64,000 bases of DNA from Octopus sinensis (GCF_006345805.1 NC_042998.1:73284001-73348000); one strand, 5' to 3'. Positions 1-13,138 are shown, counted from the first letter of the stretch. Notes: generated by a model not told the origin, from the sequence alone. Translations and numbers: made by a program.

Positions 1-314
1 ATTTGCAGGCTTCATACAAAGCGTTTAGTATATTGACCTGTACAACAATTACTTGCAGTCTCAGTTGAACGCATATGATGTTTTTCAGAACCTGAGGCTT
101 TTTTTATACTCTTAGGTTTTCTCTTGTGGCTCTTTATTGAATTAAAACAGCTTAATTACAGCGTGTGTTTTTTTACGGTTAGTTTTCTACTTTCTTTGGG
201 TTTTTTCTAGAAACTGAATTTAACAACAACATTTTCTGAATATTGTTTCTTTGTACAATTATATTGGTTTCCAGTTTTGACACAGACCAGCAATTTTGAT
301 TACAGAAACCCACC

Positions 315-464
315 CCAGCGTTCAACTGGTACTTATTTTATCGACCCCAGAAGGATATAAGTCAAAGTTGATTTCCACGGAATTCGAAACTCAGCACGTA
401 CATACAGACGAAGTTTTTAGTGGTATTTCGTCTAGTATACGAACGATTCTACCCGCTCGTTGCC
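315..464 (-). mobile_element. tRNA-derived SINE, family C (5' part)
   Basis: Minus strand reads ggcaacgagcgggtagaatcgtt...gagtttcgaattccg...ggggtcgataaaataagtaccagtt, homologous to copies at 2691, 19030 and 25144. Confidence 0.75.
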
Positions 465-1139
465 TTTGGTGTATGATTATATCATGTAGACTTACTATCA
501 GACTTATCGTGGTGTGGCTACTGAGAGATTTAATTGCACTCCTACTTATTTCGTATGGCATTTTACTGCTAACTAGGGGGTTTATGCTATGGTATAAATG
601 TGTGAGTAGTGTATTACCAGTTGTTTCTATTTTCTATCCGGTCGCCATTGTCACTTATGTAATTCACGTTATGCTTTATACCTTGCCTACTGATATGTTT
701 TTCAAAGAAGTGTCAATAATTATATTGTTGAGCATAACTCGATGATTGTTCCGTTGGGCATTTTGGAAGTTCGTGAAAGTTTAATTCGGTGATGTGAGAG
801 TGATTTTATAGTGATGACCAGGCAGCCAGATGAGCTTTAGGGAATTATATACCAACTGATGTGTGATAATTATGTGTGGAGACGAAAGTTACATCGGAAG
901 TGATTTTATTTTATTCGGCGCGTTATATAGGTGTCGAGATTGATAGCATTATATTTATTTATTTTTTAAATTTAATGTTTTATGCTGTTGCTTTCTCTGT
1001 TTTAAATGCTTACATTTCTAGTGTATGTAGTGACTGAATGTGGGATTTTTTGGTACGTACATATGAGCAAAAACGGACGCGCACATAAACGTATATGTAG
1101 ATAAATTTATGTATCTATGTGAATATATAGATAAAGACA

Positions 1140-1186
<47 letters not shown>

Positions 1187-1198
1187 AGAGAGAGAGAT

Positions 1199-1557
1199 GC
1201 AGGCGTGACTGTATGATAAGAAGCTTGCTTCCCAACCATGTGGTTCCCGATATCAATCCCACTGCGTAGCGCCTTGGACAAGTGTTTTCAACTATAGCCT
1301 TGAGCCGACCAAAACCTTCTGTGCAAATTCGGAAGACGGAAACTGAAAGAAGTGGTGTGTGCGTGCGTGCGCACGCGTGTTTGTGTCTGTGTTTGATCTT
1401 CACCCCACTCCACCTCTTGACAACTGGTGTTGGTGTGTTTACGACTCCGTAACTTAGCGTTTCAAAAAAATTCTCCGATAGAATAAATTCTAGGCTTTAA
1501 AAAGTAACTCCTGGGGTCGATAAAACTCTTCAAGGCGGTGCTTAAGCATGGCTGCAG
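1199..1557 (+). mobile_element. tRNA-headed composite SINE, family A/B (head + internal GT repeat + tail)
   Basis: Head (ccactgcgtagcgccttggacaagtg...ggaagacggaaactgaaagaag), internal (GT)n, tail (cttgacaactggtgttggtgtgtttacg...ggggtcgat...ggcggtgct..gcatggctgcag). Same layout at 38541, 47058, 57164 and 62555. Confidence 0.85.
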
Positions 1558-2204
1558 ATAACCAGACAGATAGACAGATATAAAGATAGAGAAAGAGATG
1601 TTACACAAACATGCATGCATACATACATACGTATATTCGTATATGTGTGCGTATGTGTCTTCCTACCCTTGTCTTCATTTTCCTCCTTTCTCTTCTTATT
1701 TTTATTTTCGCGAATCTATTTTAGTCTAAAGCGTGTATGCTTGTGTTGACATCGGAATTTGTATTTTGTGCCAACAGAACATTCATTTTCCCTTTTTATC
1801 TCCGGAGTCCATCTGTGCAATGGCTGGCAGGCAACTACGGGCTCTGTATGAATTTCTGAATATGTAGCTATGCCTTCCTTACTTGCTTCCATCTTTCTTG
1901 GTATATATGCATGCACGCTGATGTATGTGCATTTGCCAGGCACCTTCTGCTTTCGAGTTCTCTTCTAATGATCCAGGCCAGAACCCAGCATAAAAGTTCA
2001 GCTAATCGTGTATTCCAGTCTATTAGTTGTAACAGTGAAAAGCTCTCCCTGTTCACTCTAGTGTTCAGTGTTTTCACCTGCCTAAGGAGTGAATTAAACA
2101 ACGGACAAATTGCAGAGTTACAAGCTATTCGATTAACGGTAATTATTGTACTCTGCTATGGTATTGCATACTTTACTGCGGGTTAATTAAGTCTAATACG
2201 CATT

Positions 2205-2392
2205 TATGTGTGTGTGTGTGTGTGTGTAAAGAGAGAGAGAGAGAGAAAGAGAAAGAGAGAGAAAGAGACATACAGTCAGACATACAAACATACATAGATG
2301 CATACAGATAGATAGATACATACATACATACATACATACATACATACATACATACATACATGCATGCATACATACATAAATACATACATACA
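2205..2392. repeat. compound microsatellite (GT)n-(GA)n-(ATAG)n-(ATAC)n
   Basis: Read directly. Confidence 0.95.
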
Positions 2393-2449
2393 TAGAAAAG
2401 TTCTAGAATATATATTGCAATGTAAAACTTACAGTTCCACTAAGCCACA

Positions 2450-2590
2450 CTCCTCTCTAGTTTACGACTGCCAAAACAACTCACAGGGCATTGGTCGAGC
2501 CGAGACTAGTAGAAGACACTCGTCTTAGAAGCCAAACAGCGAACTGAACCCGGAACTATGAGGTCCGGAAGGATACGTTTTATGAGCTAG
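2450..2590 (-). mobile_element. degenerate SINE A head
   Basis: ctcacagggcattggtcgagccgagactagtagaagacact...ctgaacccggaac matches the reverse complement of the family A head. Confidence 0.65.
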
Positions 2591-2690
2591 ACAAATGACT
2601 AAGGTTGTCAAAAAATTTATTTAAATTCTGAATACTAATCTAAATGTGACTAACAATATTAGTTTCAATAAGATACCTCAAAATTATTCG

Positions 2691-2820
2691 TTTCTACTCT
2701 AGGCACAAGGCCCGAAATTTTTAGGAAGGGGACCAGTCGATTAGATCGACCCAAGTATGCGACTGGTACTTAATTTATCGAACCCGAAAGGATGAAAAGC
2801 AAAGTCGACCTCGTCGGAAG
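2691..2820 (-). mobile_element. SINE family C, 3' portion
   Basis: tttctactctaggcacaaggcccgaaatttt...gactggtacttaatttatcgaacccgaaaggatgaaaagcaaagtcgacctcg, homologous to the other C copies. Confidence 0.75.
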
Positions 2821-3574
2821 ACACATCAAAAATATTAATATAGGCAAATTATTTGATGAGAACTGAAAATATAATTTGAATATTGTCGTATTTATCTCAC
2901 GATCTCACTCAATGCAATATCGTCTTTTCGTTAAATTCCTTACATGTCGCTTTATATGCTTCTATCTCTGCCTGTTTATTTCTTCTTCCGTCTTCTCTTC
3001 TATCATACTACCCTACTACGGTGCAACAATGCGTAAGCATACAGTTGTTAATAAACCATATATTATCGGTTTTATCTCTCTGCAGCAGAGTGGACACGAG
3101 TGTAGCTCTTCTATTTTAGGGGCGACTGTGTTTTATGAATCATTTTGAAAAGCCTCACCTCATGATACATTCTCAAAAATATAAATATACTCTTATATGC
3201 TGAATACTTAACACTAATTTAAGCATTCGTGATATATTGATATATGAATGCAGATGCTGAAAAGAAAATAATTATATTTTGCAAACAGATTACATAAGAC
3301 GACATTTAAAATACGTTCGAACATTTCAAAGTATAGCTTACATTGAGCTATAAATAATTTCTTCTACCTTGAGAAAAAGGTGAATAATTCTTCTATATTG
3401 AAAGAATGAAGAGAAAAGGGAATAGCATGAAATGTGAATAATACAAAAAAAAAATTTTTATAAGTAGTTAATTTCCATTCTGAATTAAGAATTGAGAGCA
3501 CGAAAATGTTCGTCACATTTTCTTCGGCAAAGAATATTCATACATAGATTCATACAGAGTGACATACATTCATT

Positions 3575-3633
<59 letters not shown>

Positions 3634-3685
3634 CGTATGTCATATATATATATATACATATGTGTGTGTGTGTGAGTGTGTGTGT

Positions 3686-3728
<43 letters not shown>

Positions 3729-3892
3729 CATATATGTGTGTGGGTGTTGGTATTTTACTTTTTACTGATTTGATTATACATACCGCTCAGTGTGTATATG
3801 CATTGTATGTATGTTATAAACATCAATTTACACACACACAGACACACACATACATACACACAAATTCACACACGCAGATAGATAGATAGATT

Positions 3893-3970
<78 letters not shown>

Positions 3971-3988
3971 GGGAGGGAGAGAGAGAGA
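3575..3988. repeat. compound microsatellite (TA)n, (GT)n, (CA)n, (AGAT)n, (GA)n
   Basis: Read directly. Confidence 0.95.
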
Positions 3989-4630
3989 ATATGAGATAAT
4001 GATGAGTGAAGGGGAACGAACAAGATTTGAGAGAGGAGTATGGGAGAGGAAATTTACCTATTTACAATGCTTTCTAATAAAAGTGAATAAAAAATATTTT
4101 GAAAGAAAGATGGAGAGTGCTATGTTTGATGTAAAGTAAAGATAGACATACAGACAGTCAATTAGAGACAATGGGGGAACATTAAAACTTTAGCGATCAC
4201 AGTGTATATTAGAAAGTTAATGAGATTATTATCTGGTAAACAGGCGTGTACTAAGATTGCATTGAAATATTAATTAGAAGTTATTAGAAAAAAACAAAAG
4301 AAACCAGAATAGCGTGATTAGCTCATCTCTCGAAGGTGATATTTTGGATACAGAAATATTGGGTTTTTGAATTTCCAAGTCACTGAATTGTACATAACAA
4401 CCAGCTGTGAGGCTAGAACTAGCAGTTTTGGCAAGTCTACCGAGATGTATTCGAGGTGAAGCTATTTACTTCTTTGAAATAAACAGCAGTCATAAAGATA
4501 GTTGTAAAACTAAATTTATGCCATACAATACAATATTCATATACCATAGAAATGGAGATGGATCAATGCTACATTTATACATGTGTGTGAATATGCGCGT
4601 GCACACACACACACATTCCTATATACTCTC

Positions 4631-4632
<2 letters not shown>

Positions 4633-4702
<70 letters not shown>

Positions 4703-4770
4703 ATAAAAGCTTATATTGCTTATATTGCTTAAACCGTATATATTGCTTATATTGCTTAAACCGTATATAT

Positions 4771-4832
<62 letters not shown>
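4633..4832. repeat. (TA)n arrays enclosing a 29-bp tandem duplication
   Basis: tattgcttatattgcttaaaccgtatata occurs twice, at about 4715-4770. Confidence 0.9.
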
Positions 4833-4836
<4 letters not shown>

Positions 4837-5643
4837 TTAAACTGGTAAAAATATCTTTACTAGTCTTATATTATTTTACTCTGTTTAGATTGAATTATCT
4901 GCCATCGTCCTGCCTTGACTAATTGTTTGCCTTCCTCACTATTTTAACCGATACCTACTGATTCAAAGGTAAGCAACAAACTGCCAGTTTTTCTTTCAAC
5001 AAAACATTCACACAACCACTACTCCAGTGACTGTTCTAACTATAGTTTTGGCTGATTACCTATTAGAGCACTCAGAACGCATACCCATTAGTTTGGGTTA
5101 CCTTGACCAAAGCTTCTCATATCTTCGGTATATATATACACACATATATAAGGTGAGTATATAGGAATAAGTTATCCAGATAGGTATTGTAGTAGTTCTC
5201 AGGTACATTCCAGTTTTCCAGGTGTTTTGACTAAACGCATCAATTAACAATGATTGCTTAGTGCTTTCTTGCTGTACTTTTTCTGACAGGTAACTCCAGG
5301 TTCGCTTCCTTGGATTATGAATAGCATCAGGAGTGTCAATTCCCAAAAATTACAAAGAATACGGAAACTGGTGCATCTTCAAACTTCTCTTTTAATTTAA
5401 CAGCTGGTCATACAGAAGAATGAATTGGCCAAAAATGACCGACCCGTGTTTCTGCTGCACTAGGATGTGAAGTTGCGTCGGTCATTTTAACCAACTAAAT
5501 CAATAACACTATTTAAAACGAATAACAACGTTGTCCTGATAAAAAAAAATCAGTTTTCTATTGCTTTTCACTTTAATTAAAGCGTATATCTAATTGGTAG
5601 CAATCACATATATTGCCTTCGTAATAATTTCTTTCATTAACTG

Positions 5644-5716
<73 letters not shown>

Positions 5717-6622
5717 ATCTTATTCGTAATCATAACCAGTACTCCCTAATTTCCTGGCATGCTTCCATCACGATCGAATTTCTATTTTGTGTTTGAAATG
5801 CATGAATGTTAGAACTTCACAATTCTTGCCTCTTTTGTAATCATTGTCGCGTATATAATAAAGAATTACTACTGAATGATGCAGTATGCAACAAAATAGT
5901 AGAAAAGCGGATTTAACTGATTTATGCATGCTGGTTCAGAATATCAGTTTATCCATGGGCAGCCTTTGGGCTTTTTCATATATAATTCTATGAATAAGCA
6001 AACACGTAGCAATAAATCGAGTATATCTCCAGAAAAGCTTCATGTGATATCAACAGAAATCAATATATTTTATTCCGATCCTTATTTTGAATGTCACTTG
6101 TGTACAGAAAGTAAGGACAAATTACTTAGAAATGCTATTTCTTCACAAAAGCATATTGTAAAATATGTTTACTTCCAAGTTATTTACTTATTTTGATGTG
6201 CCCTCGCATTTCCATATGTGTTTCAGTCATGTATACATTTTTCTTCCATCCTCACTAAATTACTTTAAGCTATTATGTCTCTCTCAGTCACGAACCTCTT
6301 TCATGAAATATAATTCAAGTTCCGATATTTGTGTTTCCTCGGGGAACCAATCATTCATTCTATCTATTTTTATTGTGTAGAAAAATGGTGTAAAAATTAT
6401 AACAAAAAAATTATCATCTCACCTGTAGATCATCTGATTAGAGCTTAGTGTTATTATATATTCAGTTAGATTCCCAGTAGACTAACGTGAAGTGATACAA
6501 AATGTACTGAAATTTTCCAAGTTTGACACACATGTATTAATATCTCTTCGTTTCTCGCTGCCTCTCTCTGCCTCTACCTCTCACTCTCAGTCTCTCCCTC
6601 ACTCTCTCTCACACTCACTTTC

Positions 6623-6860
<238 letters not shown>

Positions 6861-6871
6861 AAACCAAAAGC

Positions 6872-8560
6872 TTTTTCACCATGAACATTAAATCTTTGTA
6901 CAAGGTCATCTCTCACAATGACGGTCTACTAACACTTAAACACTTCTTAGACCGTCGTTCTGTACCTTAACCCAGCAATAATACACTCCTCCGCCTAACT
7001 GAGCTCGTCTTTACACTCAAATGTTTTACCTTCTCTGGTGAATTCTGTAAGCATTCCAGCGGTGTTGCTATGGACACCAGAGTGGGCCCCAGTTATGCCA
7101 ACCTCTTTGTAGATTATGTAGAAGTGCAAATATTTGCTCACTTCCCAGGACCCATCTCAGAGCTTTAAGGTCGTTACATTGACGACTGAATTGGCGCCAC
7201 AAGCTTTAACGGACACCACATCAACGATTTTATTTCTTTTGTTAACACCTTTCACCTAGCCTTGGAATTTACCCACACCATATCTGATATTTCTGTTTGC
7301 TTTCGGTCTGTACATCTCCGCCGAAATACTCAATACGCACCTCTCTAACTCTGTCTGCTATAAACTTACTGATTCCCACTCCTACCTCCATTACACTTTC
7401 TCTCATCCCAAACACATTAAGTCTGCTACATCTTTCTCTCAATTTCTCCGCCTTCGACGAATTTGCAGCATCGATTCGGATTTTGAATCCCATTTTTTTA
7501 TAAATTGGGGGTATCTACCATCAGTTTTCGACCCGGCACTCCATCGAGCCCAAGCTATCAACCGTACCACAACTCTCCTACCATCTTCACGCACTTCCAC
7601 CGACCGAATTCTACTCTCTCTCACCTACCACCCGTCCATCCTCCCTCCCTCTCACAAACTCACCCGCAACTTTCGCATTCTTCTGTCTGGCCCAACAACC
7701 GCCCCTCTCTTTTCCACACCACCTCTCCTGACTTTTAAAACAGAGAGGGGTCTTATAAATCTCCTTGTAAGAAGCTTCACAGCTAACAGCTCCATATAAC
7801 CAGTAACATTTAAATGTTCTCACCAACGATGTAACATATGCCCCTGCATCAAAAATATTACTACCATCACGGGGCCCGAGATGCACTATCACATTACACA
7901 CCACTTCTGTTGCACTTCGGTGAATCTCATATATTGCATCATATACAAACACTGCGGTGTTCCAGGGCTCCAGGGCTCCAGGGCGACGCCTTGAGGATCA
8001 CCTTCACGAATACATCAGAAGCATAATGCTACGTATGCCAGGCCAACCTGTCGCCACCCACTTCGGCACTGTGAATCGTTCTGTTGTAGATTTATCAGTG
8101 TCTGGTATGGCCTTGCGCTACGGATCTCGCTTCTCTAGGAAACGAAAGAAGCAACGTCTCAAATTCGATCTTTGCATAATGTCTCCAACAGTTATGAATG
8201 AACATTTTTCCTTTCATCCTTTCACCTCCACTTAATTCTTTTTTACCCTTTTTAATTCTCCTTTCAGACTCTCTCTGCAACATTCCCGTATTTACTAATC
8301 TCTACTCCCTCTAACACCCTCTTCCTTCTTCTTTCTGCGGGCCCTCTCCTATAACTTCTGTTTCACGTTAGCAGCCAGTTTTATTCTGCGTCCATTATCA
8401 GTTCCAGCCAGTTTTTCAAGCTGAGAGGATATAAAATCTGTTTGATTTTTTCTCCTTTCCTTCTCTTTTTCACTGCCCACTGACGAAGGATTGAATCCGA
8501 AAGGGTGGATATTCCACTCCTCACAGAAGTTCACTGTACCCCTTTCCCATTTTTCCATAC
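6872..8560 (+). mobile_element. decayed Penelope-like retroelement (RT + GIY-YIG endonuclease; Neptune-like Cys motif)
   Basis: Piecewise translation gives LFTMNIKSLYKVISHNDG, GVAMDTRVGPSYANLFV, RYIDD (YIDD at 7175-7186), TDSHSYLHYTFSHPKHIK..FSQFLRLRRICS, CSHQRCNIC, SVNLIYCI, RRLEDHLHEYIRSI..PVATHF and LKFDLCIMSPTVMNEHF. Multiple stops and frameshifts. Confidence 0.9.
8480..8525 (+). ncRNA. hammerhead-ribozyme-like motif at PLE 3' terminal region
   Basis: CTGACGA-A-GGAT tga ATCC-GAAA-GGGTGGA tat TCCACTCC-TC. Core plus stems II and III present; stem I poor. Confidence 0.6.
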
Positions 8561-8596
8561 TTGCCAACGCAGAGCTATCAGATTATTGCTTGATTA

Positions 8597-8665
<69 letters not shown>

Positions 8666-8671
8666 ATATAT

Positions 8672-8714
<43 letters not shown>

Positions 8715-8772
8715 GGAGGCGGTTATGTAGATTTATGTTATGTATGTATGTATGTACGTATGTATGTATATA

Positions 8773-9836
8773 CAGGGGTTGGCAAAATAATGGAAACACA
8801 TGGCATCATAGCATCATAAGTTTGAAATATCTATAAAACCGTCAAAACCTTGTTTATTTTTATGTTTTTTTTATTTATTATTAGTGTTGCTTAATGTTTT
8901 GATAAAATCGCTGTTTCTTTTCAGATATCATTATCAGAAATTCTTGAAAATGACGGGTATATCGCAATTTCAAAGTGGTCAAAGAGTTGGTGCTGGTATG
9001 CCAGGCGCTAGCGTAACGAAAACAGCCGAAATATTTGGTGTATCAAGAAGTACTGTCTCGAAAGTAATGACAGCCTTTGGGAAAGAGGGAAATATCTCCC
9101 TGTCGGAAAAAAAAACAACGCCGGAAGAAAACCCTTTCAGAGAGGGACCGTCGGACTCTTTCGGGAATTGTTAGAAAGGATCACAAAAGTACAGCTCCCA
9201 AAATTGCTGCAGAGTTTAATGACTACCTCGAGAACCCAGTTTCCACAACTGTTCGGCGTTAGCTGCACAACGCCGGATTTCACGAGAGGGCTGCAATCAA
9301 AAAACCACTGCTTTCAAAAATAAACGCTGAAAAGTGTTTAGAGTGGAGTAAAACCCTACATAATTGGTCCTTAGAGCAGTTGAAGAATGTTATTTTCTCG
9401 GACGAGTCATCCTTTACTTTATTTTCTACCACCGACCGAGTATACGTGCGGAGACAGCCACCGCCGATCCAATGGTTTCCTTTCATGGCAGAATTTATAG
9501 TTAAGGCTATTTAAGCAGTTAATCTGATCAAATTCATCTTATAGTTGCGGAAGTGTTTCCGGAGTGAAGTGCAATCTTTCAAGAAGATAATACACCATTT
9601 CCCACAACTAAAGTTGTCCCTGAATGGCACGTTGAACCTTTTAGTGAATTTGAACATCTTATCTGGCCACAACTGTTCCTATATCGCAATGTTATAGAAT
9701 ATTTATGGTGGATTTTAGAAAAACAAGTAATGAGTCTATAACCTCCACCATCGTCACAACAAGAACTGGAGACTGTTTTAGCTGAAGAATGGACAAATAC
9801 TCCTTTGGAAACAATTGAAACTTTGTACGAATCCAT
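8773..9836 (+). mobile_element. Tc1-type DNA transposon pseudogene, DD36E spacing, internally deleted and 3'-truncated
   Basis: TA|CAGGGGTTGGCAAAATAATGGAAACAC left TIR. Translates to ASVTKTAEIFGVSRSTVSKVM, LSERDRRTL, VIFSDESSFTL, FQEDN-(36 aa)-E and EEWTNTPLETIETLYESI. No right TIR. Confidence 0.9.
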
Positions 9837-9960
9837 ATATGTATATACATATATACCATATACAATTGCATTTCTTTATCTCTCACTATATATATATATA
9901 TAAATATATATACACACAGGGTGAAAGTGTGATTATTTATACCTATATATACATATGGAC

Positions 9961-9998
<38 letters not shown>

Positions 9999-10255
9999 GT
10001 GTATGTGTGTATGTATATGTGTGTATAGATATGTGTGTGTGCCTCTATGTACGCGTTTATCAGTGGATGAACGTATGGCTAAGTATATTAATGCGTATAT
10101 CATATTTATACTTCAACATGTATGTATAATATACACACGCACACACTCCACACGCATACACACACACATACATACGTATATATATATATATTAGAAGGAA
10201 AAGGACAACAAAGCCATGACATGAGCATCTGAAGTGATTTAGAATATTCATTGCA

Positions 10256-10333
10256 TGTCTTACATCTGTTTCTGGGAAAACCCACGTGATAGGATAACAT
10301 CTCCATACACTGGATATTTCAACATCAGAAACA
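10256..10333 (-). ncRNA. degenerate hammerhead-like motif (related to the 45838 motif)
   Basis: Minus strand: tgttt-CTGATGT-(~50 nt ending TGGG tttt CCCA)-GAAAC-AGAT-GTA-agaca. Stem I of 5 bp with one GU pair; A9 replaced by U. Confidence 0.45.
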
Positions 10334-10384
10334 GATAGGTCTAGCAGCAACAGCCGGCTTGGGACCGAATGCTCACTTCAAGAC

Positions 10385-10648
10385 CATTGCAGAAAGGTTA
10401 ACGCGGTATATAAATGCATTGTCCTCAACATATTGCACAATTCTATTAGACATTAAATCAGGTCTATTATTGATTTTAAACAGAGATTTTCTGCACACCT
10501 AGATTCATTTAAATATAAAGAGCATAAAAAATCCACGTCCCTAGCCAACCAGATACATCTTCTGATAAATAAGAAAATACCATATAAGATATTCTGGGCC
10601 ATAATAGATTCTGGAATCCCATACCATGGCCAGCACTCTGCTTGTTGA
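10385..10648 (+). mobile_element. Penelope-like GIY-YIG endonuclease fragment
   Basis: Single frame with one stop: CRKVNAVYKC...H*IRSIIDFKQRFSAHLDSFKYKEHKKSTSLANQIHLL..KIPYKIFWAII..GIPY, matching the PLE endonuclease pattern (FKxRxxxHxxSF, STxLA, W.II, PY). Confidence 0.7.
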
Positions 10649-11559
10649 TTCCAAATATTAATTCATGATTCACCACAACTATTCTATAGTAGTTGTGAAT
10701 TATCTACATATAAACACAAGTTCTATGATACATTTAAGTTCTTCCAAAGGTCAAAACGCAAACAAAATCAACACATATAACACCTGCCCATATCCACCCA
10801 CGGTCGTTAGAATATACTTATGCTTTTTTCGTTTTCTCTTTCATCTCTCAGCAGATGTGTCTTAGAAACTCGCTAGCGGCAATAATCTTTAATTGCTAAT
10901 TGTTAACTATTATTTTTTATTTCTTTATTTTTTAATTAATTTAATTTTTCGTTTTTTAAACTTGTATCTTTTATAACTTTTTTAATAATATATCTAATAT
11001 ATAATAATATATATAAAAATTAGCCATCTATTTCTAGTATTTTAGCTATGCCTACCGACCACTATACGAAATATTCTTTCTGAGTACATCTAAGTTATCT
11101 CTTGAATTAATTTATCTATTCAGTTAATAACCATAAATTCATTCCTCCTCCACTTTACTCCATTACCCATAACCTCACACCCCGTACATTCCCAAACCAG
11201 GAATTATACTGGCGTCTTACCCCTTATCTGTATCTTTATTTTTTTTGTTTTCCATTTTTTTTAAAATTCATTTTACATTCATTGTTTCCGCACCTATCCC
11301 ATTTTTTCTTTTATTTCTATTCACTCACAACCCTTCTCTGTCTATCATGCTGTCTGTCTTTCTCATACTATACATCAACATAGACCATTTTTATACTAGC
11401 TAACCACTTAATCTATTCCATCACGTAACATTCAAAATACTGATAAAATACTGCATGGACTTATCTGGGATTCTTAAGGACCTATACATTCACAGAAGTA
11501 CGAATGATGTTGTTTGGGACAGAGGGGCAAATTGTATACCATCATACAGGTTTGCTGCC

Positions 11560-11835
11560 CTACAGATATAAATATCTCTTTGAAAATCAAAGAAAAAGAG
11601 GATATCTATGGACAACAGCTTCGAAACCCCCAGCTTCAATATCCGAGACTATGAATTCATATTCACACCAAAAATATTTAGAGCACTAGGTTTTGTTAGT
11701 AAATGCTTAAATGAGAATCTGAATAAACACAGATTTTCAGAAAGAGAAATTAAAAGGCTGATCCGTAAATTACAAGTGCAATCTGTGAGTGGAACAGTAA
11801 AAATATGCAAGACTTTTCTCAAGTTCCAAATGTGA
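11560..11835 (+). mobile_element. decayed LINE ORF2 fragment (linker just upstream of RT)
   Basis: FSEREIKRLIRKLQVQSVSGTVKICKTFLK resembles the non-LTR motif FxxxEIxxxIxxLxxxKxPGxDxIxxxxLK. Confidence 0.4.
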
Positions 11836-12912
11836 ATTTGTCTGTGTTAACTACATCCCAAAAGATGGAACCTCGTATCTTTGGTGTAATATTTATAATA
11901 ACTAAAACATACAAGAAACATAAAAAATACGTAATACACTGTGTGTAAGTCTTCGCGATACTTTTTCGACACCCCCATCTAGGTTGTTTTGTTTCAGTTA
12001 CGTCTCCTATATCCTTGTGCTTGATTTTAACTATTTGTTATCATCCGCTTCTCGGAGGGGTGCTTAACATTCTTGATTAGTGTCGGGAATATCTTGGTAA
12101 TATTTGTTGCGCTATTTTATGTCTTAAGTAAAAATTCAGCCGCAGCCAACTTTACTTTCATAATTTGGCATGGATTGAATAATGTTCCACTCAAGCACTG
12201 AGGTCCACGGAACCAACTATCTGCTCCCACTAAATAGCTATTCTCGTCCCTAAATAGAAACCAGTATAACATTATTCACAATCTTCGAGTAATATATTAT
12301 TGTATGAGTATTTTAAGGAAATTTGGTTATGTCTTAGCCTCTTTTTACATGTGAACTGTACTGCGACTACTGATCCTGTCCTTGATTCGATATCATCGTT
12401 TGAACTTTTGTATCATTCTTTGATGTTTATTTTTTTTCCTTTTCTTTTCTATGGAATCAAATAAAACGGCTCAGCAAGTATTTTTCATTTTTATGTTATC
12501 TTCTGTTGCTTTAAATATCTGAAGTAGTCTTTGTTGTATTTACCAAAATATATTTTCATGAGTCATTAATCACATCTCTCTTTCACATTGATCATATTTC
12601 ATATCTCCCTTAAATGTTCACTCTGCTTCTCTCTTTTTATTTTTATTATTTTTTTCTTTTGATCTAGCAAGTTATACCTATATGTGTTCCATAATATAAC
12701 AGCCAAGCGTTTGTTTCTTTTGTCATAGTTTACACATCTTTTAATTCAGCATAGATGTTTCCGTATCTTTTGTTTCTTTCGGTAGTGGTTATGGGTGGGA
12801 CGTGTTGCGGACACCGGTCAATTCATATTTATTCTGTTGTTCCACTATGTTTCTATTATCTTGTTTTTTAATCAATCATTAGTATTAATTGCGGAGTATT
12901 ATTTGTGGCAGC

Positions 12913-13091
12913 AGCATCGTCATCGTCATCGTCACCATCGTCATCGTTGTCATTGTCATTATCGTCATCGTCATCGTCATCATCATCATAATCATCATAA
13001 TCATCGTTGTTGACGCCATCATCGTTGAAGTCATCGTTATGGTCATCTTCGTTGTCGTCATCGTCATTGTCGTCGTTGCGGCCACCCTCAA

Positions 13092-13138
<47 letters not shown>

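Noticed and set aside
296-745. 149-aa plus-strand ORF, the longest non-microsatellite ORF in the track
   Set aside because: Starts at TTG, overlaps an antisense SINE, and has no recognisable motif.
500-860. Minus frame with faint PLE RT resemblance (IW..G, PN*TFT, PL..K.PY)
   Set aside because: No YIDD, wrong spacing and many stops; too weak to call.
1868-2101. Minus ORF with acceptor and GTAAGG donor
   Set aside because: Phase incompatible with the 22085 exon and peptide unrecognisable.
10845-10880. cagCAGATGTgtcttaGAAACtcgc after the GIY-YIG fragment
   Set aside because: Position fits a PLE hammerhead, but the core has two changes and no stems form.
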